From assembly GCF_009914755.1 (NCBI RefSeq), contig NC_060931.1: DNA of 64,000 nt. One strand, written 5' to 3'. Source of the stretch: the human T2T-CHM13v2.0 reference genome, Homo sapiens. Position 1 is the first letter of the stretch. Each line of letters opens with the position of its first letter. The notes beneath the pieces were generated by a model that made no database searches, was not told the DNA's origin, and saw only the letters and a program-made list of their open reading frames with translations. Made by a program: the position numbers and the translations under genes. Shown in pieces: positions 15,679 to 25,462 of this stretch.

Positions 15679-16759
15679 TGCTTATCCAATCGCTGAAAAG
15701 GAGCTCAAGCATGTACACGAGGCCCCAAGCACAGCTCTGTCCTCCGTGGAGCTGGCTTTATTCTCCCAGTGTTTCCTGCTCAGGTGCCCTTTTCTCTTTC
15801 ATTTCTCACAACACTCCCGCCTCTCAGTTGGCATTCAGTAACTGAACAAGGAGCGGGAAAGCATGCTAATGCATCGCAAATGGAGTTGCTGCATTTCCTT
15901 AAAAGGACTGTCATGAGCATTTCATTTTAACGTATTACCCGGAATTGTGTCAGTGTTTTAAGTGAACTATTTTCTGTAATCCATATCGTTATGAATATAA
16001 GACATTAACGTACTGATTGCCACTTGAGAATCTCATTTTAAAGTGATTGTACTGCATTTCTAAAATTTGCATTTTTAAAGCAAGTTTCCCCCACAAATAA
16101 CACTTACCCAAGACACCTCCAGGCAGAACGTTGTTTCTTACAGTAAATGATATTTTAATATTTGGTTTCAGTAGAGACCAGTCTAATCAATTATAGAGTA
16201 ACATACTTTACTTGTAATAAATTCAAAAAAGTGATAGCTATACTGTCATTTGTAGATGTTCTTAAGAAATATGGAATCTTATTCCAGACAGGCATTTCTA
16301 TAACTTTGTGGTGCTATCAATGATGCTAATGAAGATTTGACATCAGTTCACCACATTTTTGAAAATCAAATTGTTGGCTCAGCCGCTAATGAAACACAAT
16401 CTCAAAGCAGTTTTAACAACCATTTACATTTTTTCTGAAAACCTCACTCTACCGTTTCTATGGGGTCCCTGACTAGAAATATCAAAAGTCTACATGAATA
16501 TAAAACAATATAGTCTATTTTTCAAAGAGAAATTGAGACTGATGCAAAATATTTGACTTCTTTTTTTTTTATATGAAACATAAATGTTTATTCATTGGCA
16601 AAGCCTTAACTTCTCTAAGCCTCGTTTCCCTCATCTGTCACTTGGCGGGTAATCCTATTTAGCTCAGAGGGTTACCAGGAGACTTAATGGGATACTGCAT
16701 AATAAGTACTAAGCACAGTGCCCCCCATCATGTACTGCCCTTGGTCTGTGCTCTAATAT

Positions 16760-17720
16760 TGAAGCAGGATGTTTCCCTGACCGCTTTGTGGGACTTGCAA
16801 CAGGGGTGCCCTCAATTACCCAGCCCACAGCTTTCAACTCCTCATGGGAGGAAGCACGCATGTGAATGAGGCAGGAACTGGAGTGCATGAATGCTGAAAC
16901 CAGCCAGCCACTTAGGTACTGCCAGGAGCAAACGCCACTCACTTGGACCCACTGTGCTCCACCCCTTGCAGGGGTAAGCACGCGGGTGAGTGGGTGCAGG
17001 AGCCAGGGTGAGCGCTTTTGAGCGCCAACAGGAGTGAACTCTGTGCAGGCTCCGTGGCAGCATCTAGGGGTGGTGCCTGCAACCCCTGAAGCCCCAGAGG
17101 GCATGTTACAGTGCTTTTAGTTCTGCTGTCCCCAGACGGCCTAAGTATCAACAGCTCAGTGGCTTTTCACGTAAGCTGGCTGCCTTCTGCCAGTGAGTAC
17201 AAAGGGCAAGTGTGACAGCCTTTTGTAGCCACACTAGCAGCATCCGAGCTCTTGTCCCACATCCAGGAGAAATGACATCACACAAATTGAAGGATGACAA
17301 ATGTAGGGGATTTTTATTGCCGATGAAAGTGGCTCTCAGCAGGAAGGGAAGTTGAAAAGGGGATGGAGAGGGAAGGTAATCTTCTCCTGAAGTCCAGCCA
17401 TCTCTGGCCAGATTCTTCTCTGATGTTACGTGTCAAGCTGTCCCTCTGAAGTGAAGCTGCTTCTCTCCAATGTCTAACCATAGTCACCAACGTCCAGCTG
17501 CTTCTCTTCTCTCTGCCAGCTGAGTATGGGGTTTTTATAGGCACAGGATGTCAGGGGGCAGGGCCATGGGTGGTTTTGGAAAAGGCAACATTTGAGCTGG
17601 AAAACAGGGATGTAAGTTCTCACTTTGGGCTGCAGTTTCTGGCTTGAGGGTGAGGGTTTGACAGGGACCCGCCCCTTTCTGCCTAGATTTTCTCTGCCAC
17701 CTTTCTCTACCATTGTATCA
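16760..17720 (-). mobile_element. Solo ERV1 LTR (MER52/LTR27/LTR1 group)
   Basis: TG...CA termini with exact 4-bp TSD ATAT (16756-59 / 17721-24); inserted into MIR-like DNA. Confidence 0.8.
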
Positions 17721-19572
17721 ATATTATTATCACATGGCCCTGAGTTGGAACCATCAGGTCCTGCAAACTCCAGAGCATCTACTTACTGCACATTGGCCCC
17801 CCCCAGGGGAATTGGTCCCAGCCAAGGGTCTCTAGGAAAGAGGCACATCAACTAGATGTGGAACACACTCCGGTTTTGGAAGTACTGGTTCTGTTCTCCA
17901 GGGCATCAGAATCCTCCTTTTTGTGACCCTGCTGCCTTACAGGAAAGAAACAACAGTTGAAACACTGGGAATTTTCCCCAATAGGGAGAAGGCACAGAAA
18001 GGAGAAAGCTAAAGAAGAGAGTGAAAGAGGCCCAAAGAGAATGGAAAAGTGAGAGCAGGCCATTTGCCAGGGCTCATTCCTGCCATCCAGCCCCAGCTTC
18101 TGGCTGCTCAGTGGACGCTTCTGCCAATGCTCACAGCCCCACAGGCCTGGGCCCGGGAGCCTCTGCTGCCACCCGTGGTTTCTCTCCCTGTTCCACCATC
18201 GGAACCCCGTGCCCCAGGCTCTCTCCCTTGAGGCCACCTCAGAAGGAGATACCAAGGGGAAGACAGCTCTTTAAGAAGTGTAGACTCCATGTTAAATTGA
18301 GACCCCGCAGACAGATACGGCTTTGAAACAATTGATTTTCTGTGGTGTCATAGGGAAACCTGCCCTCCTCAAAGTTGCGAAAACTGTCAGGGACCCTATG
18401 AAATGGAGCGGGAGTCACAAGTTTTCTACCCAGCTCTAAAAGAGGAGACAAAACTAACACTGGTTCACAATAGATAACAGAACGGCTTCAGCAAAGGGCA
18501 AGCAAGCGTAGAGAGATGCTGGAGAAGAACAAGGCACTTTATCCATGTCCCCCACAGCACCCTGCCTCAGCGCCGGGGCAAAAGAATCTTTGTGTGAGCC
18601 CAGGGAGTCGGCAGGGACATGAGGGGTTGATGCGGCACTTGCTCAGAGCAATCGCAGTGCTGCCGCTGGAATTATCTTTCTCACACAGTTCCCAGTAGTG
18701 GTTAAAAGGCTCTGAGGTCAGTCCGCCTGGCCCACTAGCTAAGGGCTCTTAAGCATTTAAGGACTCTTTCAACATTTGTTTCTGTTAGTTTCTAAAACTT
18801 GGAACAGAGGGCCATTGATTTAACTGGTATAACAACGTGTGGGTACATTGCACTTGTTACCTTGGAAATGCCTCTACTCAGTCTCACCTCTGAGCTGAGT
18901 TAGTTTGGGAAGATGTTGAGCCTACAGGTAGTGGGGAGATGGTGAGATTCACCAAGGCATGTGTTGTTTGTGATTGATTGGGTTGGGAAAGTTTCCTGAC
19001 TGCCAAAACCTCCATCAGACACTAGCCGGGGATTCTGTAAATCTCAGAATTCCAAGGGGATTGGATTTTGAAGAAAGGAGATGTTCACGTACAGGCTACT
19101 AGAATTCTTGTTCTTTTTTTTTTTTTTTTTTAAAGAATTCTGAAGAAGAAAATAAGTAAGAGATCTAAAACAGAACCATATTTTGCCAGGAGGGCAGAGC
19201 AGGGCTGCTTTGTTCAATTTGTTAAGAGGGTCAGGGAAGCATCAGAAAAGATAAGGAGAAAAATCAATCAGAACCAAGTCACTGTTGTGAGTTTCGGCAG
19301 CGTCTGAAGTAGCCAGAAGGTACTGAGAAATGTATTTTATCACATATAGTCTTATTTTCACCCTACCGTATTTTCTGTTAACACAAGGTTCCTTTAAAGT
19401 CAAGTATGCAGCCCTAAATCTTATCGACCCATTAATATTTCATCCAAAACAATGTAACATCTTAAACTGAAACCTAAATGTAAGCTTTGGACACAAGCAT
19501 TCAAAGACAGGTATGTTGTACAGCTGGACTATGGTGAGTCAAGTAACATTTTCATTTCTTTTTTTCTTTTAG

Positions 19573-19812
19573 AAACAGGGAAAATTGACCAAGAGATTCA
19601 CAAATACAACACCCCAGGATTCACTGGTTGCCTCTCCAGAGTCCAGTTCAACCAGATCGCCCCTCTCAAGGCCGCCTTGAGGCAGACAAACGCCTCGGCT
19701 CACGTCCACATCCAGGGCGAGCTGGTGGAGTCCAACTGCGGGGCCTCGCCGCTGACCCTCTCCCCCATGTCGTCCGCCACCGACCCCTGGCACCTGGATC
19801 ACCTGGATTCAG
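19573..19812 (+). CDS. CNTNAP2: CNTNAP2 antepenultimate coding exon (exon 22 of the canonical 24-exon model), 240 nt, phase 1-1
   Basis: Long polypyrimidine tract with AG at 19571-72 and donor G|GTAAAG at 19813. Translates (E)[79 protein letters not shown], recognised as the end of the last CASPR2 LamG domain. Confidence 0.97.
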
Positions 19813-21660
19813 GTAAAGTCTTCAGCAACCTCAGGCAGGTTGCTTCATTTCTTTAAACCTCAGTCTCTTGGGACTATGGAATGGATTTAATAACAGAACC
19901 TCACTGGTAATGTCATTGGAGGATTAAGAAAGGGCAAAGGAACGTTGTGAGTACGGAGTTCTCAGGGCAGCACTTAGCACATCTGAAATACTCAGGGCCA
20001 GAAATAAATAAGTTGAAGGTAAAGAATGTAGGAAGTATTAACTCTTCAATTAGGTTAAATGATGACTTGCCTAAACTGATGTCTGCGCCATGACTGTGGG
20101 TGATTTGATCAATTCACTGTCTCACTTTTGCCTCTTATGACTCTTAATGACTTGCTGTAACATAATCTGTGTTTTAATTTAAGAAGAGATTTACCTAAAG
20201 CAATATAGAGATCCGTCTCCTGGCTCTGTATTTATATGAATAATACTGGTGGCTTCCAGATCTTTAAGAGGTGCCTTTAAGCTTGCAAAACTCTGTGGAT
20301 TTAGTCCCACTTCTTTGAGTGGGAAGACATGTAATTTGAAAGCACAGGGCTCAAATGAAAGGATGTAGCTGTTGGCTGAAAAATTAATTGGATGAAAAGA
20401 GTATACACATAACCCTGGGTGGGAGACAGCCTATTAAGCTGTATCTCAGGAGACTTAGGTCGTACTCCTAGCTCCACCTAAATTGGCCTTGGGCAACTCA
20501 AGTGACCTGCCCAAGCCTCTGCTTTTTCACCCATAAGGTGAAGAAGGGGAGGGGAGTGTAACCTCTAAGTGACCTCCGAATCCAACATTCAGTGGGTCTC
20601 CAGGCAACATGTGATGTTGCTGAAGCTAAAAAGAGGAAGAAGATGAGGCAGGAAGCAACAGCTAGGAGGCCTGGATTCCAGCACCATCACTGCCTCTCAC
20701 CAGCAGATTAACCTTAGGCAGTTTTCATAACCTCATTCCTCAGTTTCCCCACTTCCTAAATGGAGATAAGACCTAACCCTTGGAATTCTATTTAAAGTGA
20801 TGTGTTTAAATCTGACGTGTTTTATCACAAGCGTTAAAGTTTAGCTACAATAATATTAATAATCTAATATTATTATATTAGACACAATTTGCTATAATGC
20901 TTGAACCTTGAGTAAAGACTTCCAAATCCTCTCCCCCTGCAAACTTGTAATTTGTAACAGTTCATTCTCTAAACCTCGTGCATTTGATTGCTTTAATCAT
21001 GTTCCGGCCCTGCACATGGAGTGTGTGGCTTCAGTGCAGCCATTGTCATTGTGATTCCTTGCCAGGGCTGTGCTGCAAAGCTTTGTGAAGCTTAGAGAGA
21101 AGCCAAAATTGCCCTGTTGTCAGAATAACCCATTTACAGACGAAACAATCCTCTTTGTTCCTCACACATGGATTCCTAGAACTTGACGCGGGGCGCTGTG
21201 AGCTAAGGGCACGTATGAAGAATTCCCTTTTATGAATGTTGTTAAGATTACACAGTGGGCTGGCTTGAACAAAGGAAAGCATTCCTAATGCTGAAAGAAG
21301 AAAAGTAAGAGTGAAAATACAAGAGGAGAAAAGACATGTCAGGGCCACAGAGGAACAGAGATCTCTCAGATAAATTCCTCCAAATGCCCGAGTAGACAAA
21401 TACCGTGAATGATCTTTGCAAGGCAGGAGTCCTTCCGCTGTCAAAGGGACCCACTGCCTGAGGCTGTGAGCACCTGTGGTCTGAGTCAGGGCCAATAGAC
21501 TAGTTTCTAAAACATCTAGATCCTACCTTGGGCCAATATGAGTTTTATGTATTATTACTTAATTAGGAACTTGTTTGTTAAGATCTGTGAGATATGACTG
21601 TAGGGACCAAAGAGTTTTTGTTCCTTTACTTTAAAAAAATCATGCTTTGAGTGTGACAGG

Positions 21661-21928
21661 TTTTTTTTTTTTTTTTTTTTTTGGAGACAGACAGAGTCTC
21701 ACTCAGTTGCCCATGCTGGAGTACAATGGCACCATTGCAACCTCTGCCTCCTGGGTTTAAGCGATTCTCCTGCCTCAGCCTCCTGAGTAGCTGGGATTAC
21801 AGGCACCCGCCATCATGCCCACTTAATTTTTGTAGAGACAGGATTTCACCATGTTGGCCAAACTGGTCTTGGACTCCTAACCTCAGGTGATCCACCCGCC
21901 TAGGCCTCCCAAAGTGCTAGGATTACAG
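21661..21928 (-). mobile_element. Alu (with deletions)
   Basis: Poly-T followed by antisense Alu body. Confidence 0.9.
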
Positions 21929-22169
21929 AGTGCTAGGATTACAGGATTCTTTTGATTGATTTATGAAAATGTATATAGGGAACATATCTGTATTTGATGT
22001 TCAAATCCAAATTCTGTAATTCTGATATTATGGTAGGCCTGTGCTATGTAACATGAGATCCATTTGCAGAAAAATTTCCACTTACACTTGGAGAGTTCTT
22101 ACCCAGTGTCCAGCAGATGAAGTATTAATGCAATTGTCATTATACCAATTACAAGGACAGAAAACAGTT

Positions 22170-22456
22170 GACCGGGCTCGGTGGCTCACATCTGTAATCC
22201 CAGCATTTTGGGAGGCTGAGGTGGGTGGATCATGAGGTCAGGAGTTCGAGACCAGCCTGACCAACACGGTGAAAGCCCGTCTCTACTAAAAATACAAAAA
22301 TTAGCTGGGCGTGGTGGCGCACGCCTGTAATCCCAGCTCCTCAGGAGGCTGAGGCAGGAGAATCGCTTGAACTTGGGAGGCAGAGGTTGCACTGAGCTGA
22401 GATGGTGCCACTGCAAGACTCTGTCTCAAAACAAAACAAAAAAACAACAGAAAACA
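22170..22456 (+). mobile_element. Alu
   Basis: Alu body; acagaaaacagtt TSD. Confidence 0.9.
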
Positions 22457-22616
22457 GTTTACAAACTATAAGGCAGAGGTTTATTGAAATAATATGATTT
22501 TCCTCTTTTAGGTGAATAGGAACATGAGAGACAATGTGGGTTGAGGGGCTGGAAGGGGCAGAGGACAGACGTAGAAATGAGGGAAGGTTACTTAACAGCA
22601 GCCTCTGGTTGCTCAG

Positions 22617-23165
22617 TGTCAGGGAGGAAAAACTTTTCCTCTGTCCTCTTAGGTTCAGTACCTGGGGGCCTGCAAATTAAGCTGATAAAAGACAGATTAA
22701 CAGGTGGGCAGGGGGACCTTATTTATATGCATATAGGAGCTTGAAAAAGAAGAAACTCAGTAAGTAGTTAAAGCTAGAAACTTATATGCCCAGCTTAGTA
22801 GGGAAAAGAGGCAGTGGGGGAAAAGGCCTCTATAGGAGGAACAGATGGATTTCTAGAAGAACAAATGAGAGATAAAGAGTTTGTGATAGTGCTTGTTCAT
22901 GCAGGCCTGAGTGATCTCTGTATCTCATTCATGGCCATAAAACTTCCCTGGAGAGAGGACTTACGGTAGGTTTCTTGATCATCTTCCTGGGAGTAAAAGC
23001 CACCCGTAAGAGGGAGGTATGGCAGCCTCATTTTTCCAGAAGTCTCTGCTTTTTGTCAGATAAAGGAAGCACCAAGAAGGCTTCTTTCTGCACCTATTGA
23101 ATCCCCAGTGGCTTCAGTTTAAAATGAGTTCCATACCAACTCGGGTTCTAAGTGCATCCCTCACA
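22617..23165. mobile_element. Older solo ERV1-type LTR (family uncertain)
   Basis: TG...CA termini flanked by 4-bp TSD TCAG (22613-16 / 23166-69). Confidence 0.6.
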
Positions 23166-24068
23166 TCAGCAATTGCACTCTGGTTTCGTGAGCCTAAGGT
23201 CATCATTCTGAATTTGGACTTTACGGTTTTGCACTTTTCTGGTAATATTTCATGTTTGACTAGAATAAGATTCCTTGCTATCAGATATTTAAAAACAAAA
23301 CAGTATATACACAAAAATGCCTTTCTACCTGTAAATAACGTGAGGTACTTGAGTCTGTGTAGGGTTAGGATGGAAAGAAAATAACATGAGAGCTCGTGAG
23401 TCCTGGCTTGACTAGAGGACATTTGGAAGTAGATTATCTCATCTGGTGCCTTGGAAGTTTAGTCCTCAACAAGCAGCAATGGGTCTCCTGGAAGCTTTTT
23501 TAGAAATGCAGAATCTCAGGCCCCTCCCCATACTGACTAAATCAGCATTCGTGTTTTTTAGCATGGTTCCCAGGTGACTTACCACTGCAATTTAAAAGCT
23601 CTAATCTTGTATAGTGCTTCTCAATCTGGGAAGCACTTTAAAACTACCTGGGGAGCTTTTTAAAACCCAAAACTACCTGGGGAGCTTTTTAAAACCCTGA
23701 TGTCAAGACTATACTTCTGTCAGAGGTGTCTGAACCAGAGCAACTCCATCTCGAATAGGGGCTGGGTAAAATAAAGCTGAGACCTACTGAAAACTGGTTG
23801 CAGTAAAGAAGCCAGCTAAAACCATCAAAACCAAGATGGCAATGAGATTGACTTCTGGTCATCCTCACTGCTACACTCCCATCAGCACCATGACAGCTTA
23901 TAAATGCCATAGCAATGTCAGGAAGTTACCCTATAGGGCCTAAAAAAAGGGGAGGCATGAATGATCCACCCCTTGTTTAGCATATAATCAAGAAATAACC
24001 ATAAAAATGGGCAACCAGCAGCCCTTGGGGCTGCTCTGTCTGTGGTGTAGCTATTCTTTTATTCCTTT

Positions 24069-25080
24069 TTGTTTTATTATTATACTTTAAGTTTTAGGGT
24101 ACATGTGCACATTGTGCAGGTTAGTTACATATGTATACATGTGCCATGCTGGTACGCTGCACCCACTAACTCATCATCTAGCATTAGGTATATCTCCCAG
24201 TGCTATCCCTCCCCCCTCCCCCCACCCCACAATAGTCCCCAGAGTGTGATGTTCCCCTTCCTGTGTCCATGTGTTCTCATTGTTCAATTCCCACCTATGA
24301 GTGAGAACATGCGGTGTTTGGTTTTTTGTCCTTGCGATAGTTTACTGAGAATGATGATTTCCAATTTCATCCATGTCCCTAGAAAGGACATGAACTCATC
24401 ATTTTTTATGGCTGCACAGTAGTCCATGGTGTATATGTGCCACATTTTCTTAATCCAGTCTATCATTGTTGGACATTTGGGTTGGTTCCAAGTCTTTGCA
24501 ATTGTGAATAGTGGAGGAGGAGAGGTGCTCTGCTTTTTAGAGTTTCCAGTTTTTCTGCTCTGTTTTTTCCCTATCTTTGTGGTTTTATCTACTTTTGGTC
24601 TTTGATGATGGTGATGTACAGATGGGTTTTTGGTGTGGTTGTCCTTTCTGTTTGTTAGTTTTCCTTCTAACAGACAGGACCCTCAGCTGCAGGTCTGTTG
24701 GAGTTTGCTAGAGGTCCACTCCAGACCCTGTTTGCCTGGGTATCTGCAGCGGTGTTTGCAGAACAGCGGTTTTTCGTGAACTGCGAATACTGCCATCTGA
24801 TCGTTCCTCTGGAAGTTTTGTCTCAGAGGAGTACCCGGCCGTGTGAAGTGTCAGTCTGCCCCTACTGGGGGGTGCCTCCCAGTTAGGCTGCTCAGGGGTC
24901 AGGGGTCAGAGACCCACTTGAGGAGGCAGTCTGCCCATTCTCAGATCTCCAGCTGCGTGCTGGGAGAACCACTGCTCTTTTCAAAGCTCAGATGGAAATG
25001 CAGAAATCACCCGTCTTCTGCGTCGCTCATGCTGGGAGCTGTAGACTGGAGCTGTTCCTATTCAGCCATCTTGGCTCCTC
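24069..25080 (-). mobile_element. L1PA3-like element, both termini intact, spliced 5'UTR and large internal deletion
   Basis: 5' end GGAGGAGCCAAGATGG, 3'UTR with A tail, and TSD ctattcttttattccttt (24051-68 / 25081-98). Confidence 0.92.
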
Positions 25081-25109
25081 CTATTCTTTTATTCCTTTAC
25101 TTTCCCAAT

Positions 25110-25462
25110 TGATACAGTTTGACTATGTCCCCACCCAAATCTCATCTTGAATTCCCATGTGTTCTGGGAGGGACCTGGTGGGAGGTAATTGAATCATGGG
25201 GGCAGGTCTTTCCATGCTGTTGTCGTGACAGTGAATAAGTCTCACAAGATCTGATGGTTTTATAAAGGGGAGTTTCCCTGCACAAGCTCTCTCTTTGCCT
25301 GCTGCCATCCATGTAAGACATGACTTGCTCCTCCTTGCCTTCCACCATGATTGTGAGGCCTCGCCAGCCGTGTGGAACTGGGAGTCCATTAAACCTCTTT
25401 CCTGTATAAATTACCCAGTCTCAGGTATGTGTTTATTAGCAGCATGAAAACAAACTAATACA
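25110..25462 (+). mobile_element. THE1 (MaLR) solo LTR
   Basis: TGATA...CCCCACCCAAATCTCATCTTGAATT start, ...CTAATACA end, 5-bp TSD ccaat/ctaat. Confidence 0.9.

Noticed and set aside
19569-19816. ORF-track calls over exon 22 (77 aa minus, 62 aa plus)
   Set aside because: They are shadow frames of the real GC-rich exon.
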